Made by a program: the position numbers and the translations under genes
Notes under the pieces: model-generated
What the model was told of the DNA's origin: nothing
Database searches by the model: none
What the model saw: only the letters and a program-made list of their open reading frames with translations
Shown here: positions 37,879 through 48,098 of the stretch, in pieces
How positions within the stretch are numbered: the stretch's first letter is position 1
Layout: each line of letters begins with the position of its first letter
DNA from: an uncultured virus (IMG/VR IMGVR_UViG_3300008120_000157)
Taxonomy: Duplodnaviria; Heunggongvirae; Uroviricota; Caudoviricetes; Crassvirales
Direction: 5' to 3' (one strand)
Length of the DNA stretch: 64,000 bases
Virus record (IMG/VR): IMGVR_UViG_3300008120_000157

Positions 37879-38553
37879 ATGGCACAACTAGTGTTCCTGG
37901 TAGGAAAATCAGGTATGGGAAAGTCGACTTCTCTAAGAAATCTTAATCCCGATGAGACTGTAATCATTAATACAGACCAAAAAGCCTTGCCGTTTAAGAA
38001 CTTTTCTGCTAAGTATAGCGAGGAAAAAAGAAACTATCGCAAGACTTCAGACATTAACATCGTTATCAGCACTCTACAAAAGGTAAACACCTTACCTAAT
38101 GTAAAGACTGTAGTAATTGACACATGGTCAAGAATTATGACTGATACGGTAATGTCACAAAGTTTCCGTGCAGAGAAAGGCTTCGACAAATGGTCGAAGA
38201 TGGCTGCGGCTCAGTATGATCTAATCAACACTGTGAATGATGTGATGAGAGATGATATCATTGTGTATCTAATTGCTCACCCAGAAACTCACTATGATGA
38301 TTCAGGATTCTCTTCTGAGCGTATTGGTGTACAAGGCAAAATGCTAGAGCGTTTTGTTCCTGAGTCGTTTAGTACTATTGTACTTTACTCAGAGATTGTT
38401 AAAACACCTGGACAACCAAATCGACACGTGTTCCGCACAGTGTCATCAGGTAATGATACCTGTAAAACTCCACTAGAAATGTTCGAAGAAGACCTTATCG
38501 ACAATGATCTAGTAGATGTAAACAATAAAATTCGTGAATATTATTCAATTTAA
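37879..38553 (+). CDS. AAA_24/Sak4-like ATPase (recombinase)
   Basis: GKSGMGKSTSLRNL, VVIDT, GKML, CKTP..MF. Confidence 0.85.
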   Translation: MAQLVFLVGKSGMGKSTSLRNLNPDETVIINTDQKALPFKNFSAKYSEEKRNYRKTSDINIVISTLQKVNTLPNVKTVVIDTWSRIMTDTVMSQSFRAEKGFDKWSKMAAAQYDLINTVNDVMRDDIIVYLIAHPETHYDDSGFSSERIGVQGKMLERFVPESFSTIVLYSEIVKTPGQPNRHVFRTVSSGNDTCKTPLEMFEEDLIDNDLVDVNNKIREYYSI

Positions 38554-38584
38554 TCCTTAATCCTTAATCCTTAAAACCTTAAAA

Positions 38585-39136
38585 ATGGAGAATTTAATTT
38601 GGGACGGCGTTCCCGCACAACGCACAAGAAAATCAGAGAAGTATGATTTCGCAGTAGTAACTATGTCAGCAATCGATAAGCCAGGTGCTGGTCGTAAGTT
38701 TACTTTTAACAAAGCAGCACAAAGTGTATTAGGAATCAACGGAGAAGACCGTGTTTCTTTTGGCTTTAGTACTGATCGTACAATTATTGCTGTTCGTAAA
38801 GCAGCAGGTGATGCAGGTTTGAAACTTACTAAAACTTGTACTCTTAGCGACAAGCGTACTTATGACTTCATCGCTAAAATCTTGGATCTTGACATTACTC
38901 AAGAAACTGATTTAGAGATTGTAGCAGCTAATGGTTTGCTTACTTTAAATCGCATTACAGCAACTGAAGCAGCTGCTCCTTACCAAGAAGAAGAGTATAT
39001 CTCTGCTCCTGCAGTAGAACCAGTAGTAGAAGAAGCTGAAGAAAGCTTTGAGCTTGCAGGTGAAGTAGAAGAAGAAGAAGAGGTATTTGAAGTACCTGCT
39101 ACTGAGTCTGAAGAATCAACTGAAGACGTTTGGTAA
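38585..39136 (+). CDS. Hypothetical protein with very acidic C-terminal tail
   Basis: Glu-rich tail ending DVW. Confidence 0.6.
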   Translation: MENLIWDGVPAQRTRKSEKYDFAVVTMSAIDKPGAGRKFTFNKAAQSVLGINGEDRVSFGFSTDRTIIAVRKAAGDAGLKLTKTCTLSDKRTYDFIAKILDLDITQETDLEIVAANGLLTLNRITATEAAAPYQEEEYISAPAVEPVVEEAEESFELAGEVEEEEEVFEVPATESEESTEDVW

Positions 39137-39185
39137 TTCACAACTAACTAATTTTTAATTTTTTTACCCTTAATTTTTAACAACA

Positions 39186-39779
39186 ATGATTAATTTAAAT
39201 GACACGTCGTTTGACGCAAAAGAAGGTTCAGTAATTTTTAACAACGGTAACGCAGGTGTAGCAGAGAATGTTACTATGTCCGTAGTAAAACGTAAGCCAG
39301 AAGACAAAGAAAACTCTCCTGAGTATAAACTTGTGTTTACTGACGAAAACGGCGGTGCTTGTAATTCTTCTTTTTGGTATGTAGAGAAAGCAACTGCATA
39401 TGCTAGTGTAGAAGATCAAATCAAGAAACAAGGTACTGTGTTGAAACACGTTATTCACTCTATCTACGGTGGTAACTATCAGCTTCCTTCTTTCAACTCT
39501 GCTAAAGAGATGTTAGATGGCTGTATGAAAATTATCCGTGATGGTCTTGCTAGCGCAGGTAAATTCCGTGTGTTTGCTAACTATGGTTCTACACAGTCTG
39601 TAAAGAATTATATCCAACCGCGTTCTTGGGTTCCATTTGTAGAGAACATGAGTGTTCCTGCAGCTGAGACTCGTTTGAAAGCTGGTAACATCGATGCAAT
39701 GCAGCGTATTGAGCGTGACAGCGTAACTGTTAACTCTACACCGTCTGCGGATTCTATTATCGACAACGATAATTGGTAA
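39186..39779 (+). CDS. Putative single-stranded DNA-binding protein
   Basis: Follows the Sak4-like ATPase, acidic tail DNDNW, biased codons. Confidence 0.55.
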   Translation: MINLNDTSFDAKEGSVIFNNGNAGVAENVTMSVVKRKPEDKENSPEYKLVFTDENGGACNSSFWYVEKATAYASVEDQIKKQGTVLKHVIHSIYGGNYQLPSFNSAKEMLDGCMKIIRDGLASAGKFRVFANYGSTQSVKNYIQPRSWVPFVENMSVPAAETRLKAGNIDAMQRIERDSVTVNSTPSADSIIDNDNW

Positions 39780-39796
39780 AAATCCCTTAATTTTAC

Positions 39797-39830
39797 AGAG
39801 CGGGCTCAACAACGGGCCCGCTCTTTTATT
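39797..39830 (+). terminator. Intrinsic terminator
   Basis: AGAGCGGGCTC-AACAAC-GGGCCCGCTCT followed by TTT. Confidence 0.8.
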
Positions 39831-39834
39831 TATT

Positions 39835-40833
39835 ATGGGCGAGATCAATCTAAATTCTATTGCATTTAACAATCTGATTACCAGGGAAGATTTGTTTAGT
39901 CTTGTACCACAAGAAAGTATCTACAGTTTCTATTTAAATGAAGATATTAGCTCTTTAGGAGTGTATCATAGTCCTCTTCGTGAGGATAATATACCGTCTT
40001 TTGCACTGTATTTTCATAAAATTAATAGAGATATCTTAATGTTTAAAGATTTTGCTACTAATGACACAGGTGATGTGGTTGTATTAGTAATGAAAATGTT
40101 TGGCTTAGGATATAAAGATGCTATTCACAAGATAGCATTTGATATGAAGCTTAGTACTTTTAATGTAGATTCGACAAAGCAAGTATTCTCAGGCATTACT
40201 AGATTAGTAGAAAAAACAAGAGTAGACTTAGGGATTAAAACTAGACCCTGGATGGTTAAAGATCGTGATTATTGGTCCCAATTTGGGATACATAAAGTTA
40301 CTCTTGAGAAATTTAATGTGTTTCCTATTAGTCATATTTTCTACAACGACACTGCTGTAAAAGCAAGTGATTTAGCATATGCTTATGTAGAGACTAAAGA
40401 TGGCAGAACAAGTTATAAAATTTATCAGCCTTTAGAAACTAAGATTAAGAAATGGATTAACAATGCTGACTACAGCGTTCATCAAGGTTACACACAACTT
40501 GCTAAACATGGCGAGTTACTTGTTATTACTAAATCTCTTAAAGATGTAATGAGTATTCACGATTGTATAGGTGTATCTGCGATAGGTCTACAATCTGAAT
40601 CTGTTACAATGAAAGACTCGGTGATGGACGAGTATAAATCTAGGTTTGAAAAAGTAGTATGTATTTTTGATAATGATGCTGCAGGTGTAAAACTTTCAGA
40701 AAGTTTTACTGAAAAGTATCATATACCGCACTATTTTATGCCAAAGATTAACGGCGTCAAAGATTTTAGTGATCTAGTAAAAGCCAAAGGAAAGGATTTC
40801 GCAATAGAATATTTCAACAACTTAAAAATTTAG
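39835..40833 (+). CDS. dnaG: DnaG-family primase
   Basis: SPLREDNIPSF, FKDF, KIYQP, ITKSLKDVM, FDNDAAG, KDFSD. Confidence 0.88.
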   Translation: MGEINLNSIAFNNLITREDLFSLVPQESIYSFYLNEDISSLGVYHSPLREDNIPSFALYFHKINRDILMFKDFATNDTGDVVVLVMKMFGLGYKDAIHKIAFDMKLSTFNVDSTKQVFSGITRLVEKTRVDLGIKTRPWMVKDRDYWSQFGIHKVTLEKFNVFPISHIFYNDTAVKASDLAYAYVETKDGRTSYKIYQPLETKIKKWINNADYSVHQGYTQLAKHGELLVITKSLKDVMSIHDCIGVSAIGLQSESVTMKDSVMDEYKSRFEKVVCIFDNDAAGVKLSESFTEKYHIPHYFMPKINGVKDFSDLVKAKGKDFAIEYFNNLKI

Positions 40834-40835
40834 CT

Positions 40836-41778
40836 ATGACTAAAGCAGAATCGCTTAGTAAAGTTAGTAAAGAATTGATGTTGAAGGAGCCGTTTTACGG
40901 CTTTTTCCTTTTAATGCTAAACAAAGTATGGGACTCTAAACGTGTACCAACTGCATGTGTAAGCAAAAACAACATCAATTACCAACTTACTATTAATCCT
41001 GAGTTTTGGGAAAGTCTTGTAGACAAACACCAAATGGGATTACTTAAACACGAGCTCTTGCATATTGCATTTAACCATCTTACTAGTACGTTCCCGTTTA
41101 GTGATAAGAAGCTGGCTAATATTGCATTTGACTTAGAGATTAATCAATTTATTGACCCAACATGGTTACCTGAAGGAGGGTATACTCGGCGAAGTAAAAG
41201 AGCAAACAGAAAAGCGCCAAGGAAATGTTCCTGGTGAGATGGTAAGCAAGATTCTTATCGAAGTAATTGAGAAAGCCAAATTTAATTGGCGTGAGTATGT
41301 TCGTAGATTTGCTGGCAACAGTACTAAAATCTATACTAAAAAAGTACGACGCAAAGAGAATAGAAGGTTTTCTGATAATCCTGGATTAAAGATCAAAATG
41401 CGTCAACACATGTTGTTGGCTATTGATACATCAGGATCTGTAAGTGACGCAGAGCTAAAAGAATTTATGAATGAGATATTTCATATTTACAAGCAAGGCG
41501 TAGACGTCACTATTGTACAATGTGATACGCAAATCACAAGCATTAAACCTTATAAAGGTACTTTAGATTTAGAAGTAGGTGGAAGAGGAGGAACAGATTT
41601 TGATCCTGTATTAGAATACTTCAATGAAAATCTTAAAAAATATACTAGCCTAGTATATTTTACCGACGGCGAATGCAGTACTGACGTTAAGCCGCGTGGA
41701 CCCATTTTATGGGTGTTATCAGAAAGGTCGTATGACAACGAAAACCTTCCTGGAAAAGTAATCAAGTTAGAACTTTAA
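40836..41778 (+). pseudogene. Metallopeptidase-VWA (DUF2201-type) gene broken near 41180
   Basis: 5' frame has HELLH and DLEINQ..LPEGG; 3' frame has W...RRF, AIDTSGSVS (MIDAS), GRGGTDF, FTDGE; the halves are out of frame. Confidence 0.75.
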
Positions 41779-41788
41779 AAATTAACAC

Positions 41789-42958
41789 ATGAATCAAGTA
41801 AAATTAAACGTTGAAGAGTTAAAAGGCTTTATTAAGCATATGATTGTAAACAATCAAACTATACAAGCACAAGGTAAAGTACCTGTTGCAGTTAACATTG
41901 AAGGTGATGCGGGTCTCGGTAAAACTTCTGCTATTATGCAATTAGGTCAAGAGATTGGTAAACAGGTAGTAAAACTAAACTTAGCACAGCTAGAAGAGTT
42001 AGGTGACCTTGTTGGTTTTCCTGTAAAAGAATATCAAGTAAAAAATGCAGAAGGTAAAACTTTATGGATTACTGAGCAAGAAATTGAAATGGCAGGTACT
42101 AAAGGTTATCGTGTTGTAGACAAGAGAATGTCTCATGCTGCTCCTGAATGGATCCAAGGTAAAGGCGAGGGCGGTATTTTGATTTTAGATGATTATACTC
42201 GTGCTGACCAACGTTTTACTCAAGCAACTATGGAATTGCTAGATCGCCAAGAGTATGTGTCTTGGAAGCTTCCTAAAGATTGGCACATTATCTTAACTAC
42301 TAATCCAGATAACGGCGATTATAATGTTACTAGCTTGGATGTTGCGCAAAAGACTCGTTTCATTTCTGTAGAGCTTAAATTTGATGTAGAGGTATGGGCT
42401 AAGTGGGCAGAGACTGCAGGTATTGATGGTCGTTGTATTAACTTTTTGTTGATGCACCCTGAAAGTATCACGCAGAGAATCAATCCTCGTTCTGTGACTA
42501 CATTCTTTAATGCTATTACATCTATTGAAGACTTTGATAGCAACTTGCCTTTGATTCAAATGATCGGCGAGGGCTCAGTAGGGCCAGAGTTTGCTGGTTT
42601 GTTTACTATGTTTATTAATAACAAGTTAGATAGAATTATCAGCCCTAAAGATATCTTAGAGAAAGATACTCAGTATGTGTTGAATACTCTTACGCATGTT
42701 ATTGGCAAAGATGATGAATATCGTGCTGACATTGCTAGTGTATTAGCTACTCGTCTAGTAAATTATTCATTGAACTTTAGCACTAAGCATTCTGTACCAC
42801 AAGAAATGGTAGACAGATTGGTAGTACTAAGCACAGAATCTAATGTGTTTACAGAGGATTTAAAGTATCGCTTAGTTAAGGATATTATCAACGGCAACAA
42901 AGTGAAGTTTGCTAAATTAATTATGAACCAAGAAGTCATGAAAATGGCTATAAACTAA
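41789..42958 (+). CDS. MoxR-like AAA+ ATPase
   Basis: GDAGLGKT, GDLVGFP, LILDDYTR, LTTNP, LD.AQKTRF, NPRS. Confidence 0.85.
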   Translation: MNQVKLNVEELKGFIKHMIVNNQTIQAQGKVPVAVNIEGDAGLGKTSAIMQLGQEIGKQVVKLNLAQLEELGDLVGFPVKEYQVKNAEGKTLWITEQEIEMAGTKGYRVVDKRMSHAAPEWIQGKGEGGILILDDYTRADQRFTQATMELLDRQEYVSWKLPKDWHIILTTNPDNGDYNVTSLDVAQKTRFISVELKFDVEVWAKWAETAGIDGRCINFLLMHPESITQRINPRSVTTFFNAITSIEDFDSNLPLIQMIGEGSVGPEFAGLFTMFINNKLDRIISPKDILEKDTQYVLNTLTHVIGKDDEYRADIASVLATRLVNYSLNFSTKHSVPQEMVDRLVVLSTESNVFTEDLKYRLVKDIINGNKVKFAKLIMNQEVMKMAIN

Positions 42959-42963
42959 GAATC

Positions 42964-44175
42964 ATGAGCAATAAAATATTTTATAAGTCTTTGTATATTA
43001 CCAATTTAGAGACGGATTATAAAGGCGACATTTTATCTATAGATATTGAGCCTATTGGTGTAGTACATGAAAATGCTATGAAGTCCATTCCTTACACTAC
43101 TTATACACAAGTACCGTATGAAAAGTATTTTCTAATGCCAGGTACAGTAGTGCCTAGGGTTAAGCTACAAAATTTATCTGTAGATGCAGGAATTAAGATA
43201 GTACGCTCACCTGAAGATGCTGATAAAGTATTTATCGGCAAAAACAGTTTTAGTAAAATGTCCAAATCTGGACATGCATATGCTGTTGAAAAAGCTTTAG
43301 TCGAGGCTTATGTCAATGCTACAAATTTAACTACAGACGGTTACATTATTGATAGATTAAAGATAGCATTGCTTAATGCTGAACACGATTATTTAGCTAT
43401 GGATTACAATGCTAAAAATTTTTTCATTGGTAATGTAACTAATAAGCAACAAGTACTACTTCGCAATCTTCACGATAAGTCACCTAATAGACTAAGATCT
43501 AGCAATTTTAGCTATGAGCATCATCTTATTGAAAGTGAATATTGTGAAATGTTGGATAAAGCTTTAAATAGTTCTACGCTACAGCTTTGCAACGAACAAG
43601 ATTTATTAGAAAATCTAAATGGCGATGATGCTTTAGTAATTACTCAAACAGAATTTAATCAGTTGTCTGAAATGTTTAAGAGTTCTGATAAAGATAATCA
43701 CGTACTTGCTATGGAGATTATGGCGAATTCTAATTATCCGCAAAGTATCTTTTACTTACTAAGATTGTTTAAAGATTTTTCTGATAAAATGGCTAATCAA
43801 AAGTCTAGAAATCATGTTAATTTTAAAAGTTTAGTAAGTTATTTATCTATAGGCAGTGCAACTTATAATTGGGATTTGATAGCTAACAAAATGCTAGAAA
43901 TTATTAAAGATAAAGGTTTGTTAACTCTACAAATGATTGAAGAAACTTTTGTTGCATATGAATATGAGATACGACAGTACTCTGTTCAAGAAGTATCAGT
44001 GATTCAGATTAAATCTTATACTTTACATCCTGATTACGCAGCATTTCTTAACGTAAATTATGTAAATACTGTTAAAAAAGATTTCATTCCTGTAGAAACA
44101 GTAGAGGTTCCTGAAGAGCCTCAAGTATTATCCGACGTAGTACCTGATAAAACAGCAACTATTAGTTGGAATTAA
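42964..44175 (+). CDS. MoxR-module partner with BRCT-like segment
   Basis: YFLMPGTVVPRVKL...IKIVRSPEDAD; MFKSSDKDNHVLAMEIMANSN. Confidence 0.5.
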   Translation: MSNKIFYKSLYITNLETDYKGDILSIDIEPIGVVHENAMKSIPYTTYTQVPYEKYFLMPGTVVPRVKLQNLSVDAGIKIVRSPEDADKVFIGKNSFSKMSKSGHAYAVEKALVEAYVNATNLTTDGYIIDRLKIALLNAEHDYLAMDYNAKNFFIGNVTNKQQVLLRNLHDKSPNRLRSSNFSYEHHLIESEYCEMLDKALNSSTLQLCNEQDLLENLNGDDALVITQTEFNQLSEMFKSSDKDNHVLAMEIMANSNYPQSIFYLLRLFKDFSDKMANQKSRNHVNFKSLVSYLSIGSATYNWDLIANKMLEIIKDKGLLTLQMIEETFVAYEYEIRQYSVQEVSVIQIKSYTLHPDYAAFLNVNYVNTVKKDFIPVETVEVPEEPQVLSDVVPDKTATISWN

Positions 44176-44184
44176 ATTAGAGAT

Positions 44185-44679
44185 ATGGTAAGCGGAATTA
44201 AATTAGAATTTCCAGAGTTTATCACGCATATTCCTCAGAATAAAAAACTATGGGTCAAAATTGGTTATAATAAGATTCATGCAAGTGCACATTTTTCCAC
44301 GCGGGCGGCTTTAGTGGCCGCCATGCATGGATATATTGAAAAGCATATTCCACCAAATCTTACTATCCAAGGACCTGTAGAAACTAAATTGATTGTATAT
44401 GCGCCTATAAATTTTGGCAGCGTAAAAATGGTACTCAGCAGACAAACAGGTAAAAGACAAATTACTTGGAAACCTCCATTGGCTACATATAAGCCAAACT
44501 GGGATATTGGAAATCTGGCTTTAGTGTGGTTAAAATCATTAGACGATGTGTTGATTAAAAAGGGAATACTACCCGACGATACTATTGAGTACATACAACG
44601 CACAAGTTATGAATTTAGACCTGTAAAAGATTTCAAAGACAGAAAATTAGTATACGAACTAAAAACAATTAAACGATGA
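44185..44679 (+). CDS. rusA: RusA-like Holliday junction resolvase
   Basis: DIGNL...K...DVL...GILPDD. Confidence 0.7.
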   Translation: MVSGIKLEFPEFITHIPQNKKLWVKIGYNKIHASAHFSTRAALVAAMHGYIEKHIPPNLTIQGPVETKLIVYAPINFGSVKMVLSRQTGKRQITWKPPLATYKPNWDIGNLALVWLKSLDDVLIKKGILPDDTIEYIQRTSYEFRPVKDFKDRKLVYELKTIKR

Positions 44680-45695
44680 GCGTGGATTATAGAGACATTC
44701 CCGCATTAAATCAAAGTTCCTTAAAGAAAATATTGACCCATCCTCAAGACTACCTCAATGCGATCAAACGCAATGAGGAGTCTAAAGAGGATCATTTTAT
44801 CTTTGGCACACTAGTAGATTTAATGTTGACAGGAACAAAAGAAGAATTCGATAACAAGTTTTATGTTATCAAACAAGACATTAGTGTCACTGATGCAGTA
44901 AAAACTATTGTAGATGGTGTTATAGAAGAAATACGCAACCTTGGTGTAGATTTATCATTGTGGACTAATGAGCGTGATGTAATTCTAAAGCATGTGAAAT
45001 ATCAAAACTACCAGGGTAACTGGAAAGATGATACCAGAATCGATGCTATTATCAAAGCTGCTCAAGGATATGTAAAATTATTGGAAACTGCAGGTAACCG
45101 CACAATGATTACAGACATTACGTATTCTAAAGCAGTAAACGCTGTAGCAGGATTACGTTCTGATAAGTTTACTCAAGAGTTTTCAATGCCTGCAAAGAAA
45201 TATCCTAAACATATTCAAGTAATTGATAAATTTATTGTAAGTTTTAAACATAGAGACTTTAACATTAAAGGAGAATTAGACAGAGTTATCATTAATCATC
45301 AAACTCAAAAGATTAAACCTCTTGATTTTAAGACTACAAGTAAACCAATTATGAACTTTATGAGTGAGTTTTGGAAATTAAGGTATGATTTTCAAGCAGC
45401 AACATACTCTTTAGGACTGGTATCCCATCCAGAAATCAAAGAGTTGCTTGAAAAAGGTTATACTATGGAGCCGTTTAGATTTATAGTAGCTCACTCCGAG
45501 TCTATTACTGCTCCTATGGTATTTACAGTGCCAATGAAAGTAATTACTATTGGTACCTATGGTGGCGAAACTTCAGTAAGATATTATGAAGGCCTTGAAC
45601 AGGCTTTACAACGTTACGAATTTGCTACAACTAACAATCTTTGGGACCATCCTAAAGAATATTATGAAAAAGGATCGATTGATATAGAGCTATGA
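44676..45695 (+). CDS. PD-(D/E)XK exonuclease (RecE/ExoVIII-like)
   Basis: LNQSSLK, FGTLVD, KGELDRV, DFKTT, YDFQAATY. Confidence 0.8.
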   Translation: MSVDYRDIPALNQSSLKKILTHPQDYLNAIKRNEESKEDHFIFGTLVDLMLTGTKEEFDNKFYVIKQDISVTDAVKTIVDGVIEEIRNLGVDLSLWTNERDVILKHVKYQNYQGNWKDDTRIDAIIKAAQGYVKLLETAGNRTMITDITYSKAVNAVAGLRSDKFTQEFSMPAKKYPKHIQVIDKFIVSFKHRDFNIKGELDRVIINHQTQKIKPLDFKTTSKPIMNFMSEFWKLRYDFQAATYSLGLVSHPEIKELLEKGYTMEPFRFIVAHSESITAPMVFTVPMKVITIGTYGGETSVRYYEGLEQALQRYEFATTNNLWDHPKEYYEKGSIDIEL

Positions 45696-46309
45696 CGACA
45701 ATGAAATTCACAAAAACCGCAACTTTTCTTTTCCCATTAACGACCATTCCTAAAAGTTTGTTCGAATGTAACATCAGAGATGTATTTGGGAGAACTAAGT
45801 TTACTACAAGATTTGTTAATGCTTTTTCTTCTAGTACTTGTATTAACAAGTATCAAGGAGAATTAGGCTTAATATTTATTGTAACTAAACAATATCAAGA
45901 TGTGGGTTTTGAGGCTTTCTATACAACGATAACTTCTTTCCCTAATTACGTAGATGATTATGATGATTCAGGATATTTAGTATTTATTTTTAAAATACTT
46001 GAAGAGCATCAAAAAGATTATGAATTAATACTTAACGGGAAATATTCTAAAATTTCTCAACAAAGTAAAAAATTAATCCTAGGAAACAACTTTTTTACAG
46101 GAAAAGCCTTTACTTTGCCATTAATCTTAAACAAATCTGAAGCATTAAAAACAAGTTGGGAAGATCGGCTTAGTACTCCAACGTCTCCTGCATTTTTAGG
46201 TGACCAAGAAGTTTGGCCAATAATTGACTCAGTAGAAGAAGTCTTGACACCTGCTGTAATGAAAAACATTGCAGTAACATCAAAATTAACACCATCGGGG
46301 GAGTTTTAA
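45692..46309 (+). CDS. Conserved hypothetical protein
   Basis: TKTATFLFP, DY..ILNGKYSKIS. Confidence 0.6.
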   Translation: MTTMKFTKTATFLFPLTTIPKSLFECNIRDVFGRTKFTTRFVNAFSSSTCINKYQGELGLIFIVTKQYQDVGFEAFYTTITSFPNYVDDYDDSGYLVFIFKILEEHQKDYELILNGKYSKISQQSKKLILGNNFFTGKAFTLPLILNKSEALKTSWEDRLSTPTSPAFLGDQEVWPIIDSVEEVLTPAVMKNIAVTSKLTPSGEF

Positions 46310-46485
46310 GCTCCCCCTATATGGGCTTCTACAATCTTTTATAAAGATGTTAGAGAGGGAGGATTTAAATTGTTAAACTAAGATTTCAAATTAAATCAGG
46401 AGCCTCCCTCTCTTTTATGTATATAAAACGCTATTTTCTATACATGAGCTTGTTAATATGTATAAAAACTTAAAAAACATTAACT

Positions 46486-46599
46486 ATGAACTGGAGACAA
46501 AGAGAAAAAGAGAAATACTCTTATTATGTTACTGGTGTAACATTATCAGTAATCTTAATTGGGCTAATTAGTCTTATTATTAATAACTTATTTTTTTAA
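46486..46599 (+). CDS. 37-aa membrane micropeptide
   Basis: MNWRQREKEKYSYYVTGVTLSVILIGLISLIINNLFF. Confidence 0.45.
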   Translation: MNWRQREKEKYSYYVTGVTLSVILIGLISLIINNLFF

Positions 46600-46612
46600 A
46601 CAAAAAACAATA

Positions 46613-46810
46613 ATGGAAAAAACATTAGCAGAAACAATAAAAATTAACACAGCACAACCTACATGGAAGATCGTGTTTAAATCTGATGGAAAAGAAAGTT
46701 TAATTGATTTTCCTAATGAAGATTGGCATATTATAGCTAAAGTACTACATGAAATTCTTCTATCACATGGTGTTAAAAGTGTATTAACTGTACAAAATAA
46801 AATAGAATGA
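46613..46810 (+). CDS. Hypothetical protein
   Basis: 65-aa ORF. Confidence 0.5.
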   Translation: MEKTLAETIKINTAQPTWKIVFKSDGKESLIDFPNEDWHIIAKVLHEILLSHGVKSVLTVQNKIE

Positions 46811-47058
46811 TACTATCAATAACAGCGCTTATAGCAAGTATACTAGCATTAGTTTATCAGGTATATACTAATCGTGAAGAAAACAAACGATGGGATGAAT
46901 ATTTTGAAAATCAGAAAAAACAAAGACAAAAGGAAGCCCCTATAAAGATGATGTCAGATGATGCTGAAGACAACCTATATCAAGAAGGTGAAATGATAAT
47001 TGAACATAAAGGAGATAGGGAAACATATATAACTTTTAAACAAAATGATAAAGAATAA
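46807..47058 (+). CDS. Small protein with N-terminal TM helix
   Basis: 83 aa, ATGA overlap. Confidence 0.5.
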   Translation: MILSITALIASILALVYQVYTNREENKRWDEYFENQKKQRQKEAPIKMMSDDAEDNLYQEGEMIIEHKGDRETYITFKQNDKE

Positions 47059-47113
47059 GGGGTAATTTTTACCACATAACTAAACACGAAATGTAACCTA
47101 AACAACAAGAACA

Positions 47114-47503
47114 ATGAAGCAATTAGTTTATAATTCTGTTACATGCCTTGAGTGTAATGAAACAATAGTAAGTTATCATAGACATGATTATGTAACATGT
47201 TCTTGTCCAAATGAAGCAATGGTTGATGGAGGTACAGCTTATCTTAGATATGGTGCAAAAAACATGAGCAAAATCAAAATCTTTGCAGTATACACAGATG
47301 ATGATTTTGAACTTGTTAGAAAGTATGCTACTAGAGGCAGTAGAGGTAAAGATGGAAAAGATCCATTATCTTGGATTGCAATATGCGATATGGATGATGA
47401 TCACTTAGAAGCTGTACTTGATTATGGTGGTGCAGATTGGCACCTTGATTTGATTCGCAAAGAGATTAAATATAGAGAGCATGAACGAAGTAGTAAAGTT
47501 TAA
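47114..47503 (+). CDS. Zn-binding hypothetical protein
   Basis: CLEC...HRHDYVTCSC...VDGG..YLRYG; RGSRGKDG. Confidence 0.6.
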   Translation: MKQLVYNSVTCLECNETIVSYHRHDYVTCSCPNEAMVDGGTAYLRYGAKNMSKIKIFAVYTDDDFELVRKYATRGSRGKDGKDPLSWIAICDMDDDHLEAVLDYGGADWHLDLIRKEIKYREHERSSKV

Positions 47504-47843
47504 AGAGAGACTCAAAAAGATTGGCTATGAGATTGAATTAGAGGGTAACGCCCCTTGGATATACCTCAAGTCAGTTAATGGAAACAAGGTAAAAAAAGTG
47601 GATTGGATAAACGCAAACCACGGGTATACTTTTGCTTGGTTTCCTAAAACAAATGATGATGACTTTACACTTAATTGGATCGACATGAAGTTAACTTTTA
47701 AGTTAATCAGGAAGTACGGTAAGCCAATACACAAATACAACAATGGTAATGGCGCAACGCTATGCCATGACTGCGGAGTAATTATATCTGAGGGATTAAC
47801 TAAAGATATGAAGTGTGAAAAATGTCTAATATTTTATCCATAA
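47481..47843 (+). CDS. Hypothetical protein with C-terminal Zn ribbon
   Basis: GNAPWIYL..VNG; HKYNNGNGATLCHDC...CEKC. Confidence 0.55.
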   Translation: MNEVVKFKERLKKIGYEIELEGNAPWIYLKSVNGNKVKKVDWINANHGYTFAWFPKTNDDDFTLNWIDMKLTFKLIRKYGKPIHKYNNGNGATLCHDCGVIISEGLTKDMKCEKCLIFYP

Positions 47844-47888
47844 TCGGGTGAAAACCAATTAAGTATGGTGAAAAACACATAATTTAAT

Positions 47889-48098
47889 ATGAATCAGAAG
47901 AAATTTGAAAAGCTATACGAACCTAAGCAAAAAAAGATATTACTTCTAATACCTTTCTTACAAGAAAAGCCAAGACCTTTAATGTCAATTGCCAACTTGT
48001 TAAGCGTTCATCCTAAGTGGGCATCCTCTTACATTAGGGACTTACGTAAATTAGAAGTAGAAGTAAAGAAAGACGAATATAAAAAATACTACATATGA
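47889..48098 (+). CDS. Small HTH protein
   Basis: LMSIANLLSVHPKWASSYIRDLRKL. Confidence 0.5.
   Translation: MNQKKFEKLYEPKQKKILLLIPFLQEKPRPLMSIANLLSVHPKWASSYIRDLRKLEVEVKKDEYKKYYI

Noticed and set aside
41152..41237. Programmed ribosomal frameshift in the peptidase-VWA gene
   Set aside because: No X XXY YYZ slippery heptamer at the junction, and sequence appears to be missing, which favours a deletion or artefact.
46310..47885. Imperfect intergenic palindromes (e.g. GGGGTAATTTTTACCAC at ~47059) as integron-like attC sites
   Set aside because: Too short and dissimilar to each other, no integrase in the window; cannot be supported.
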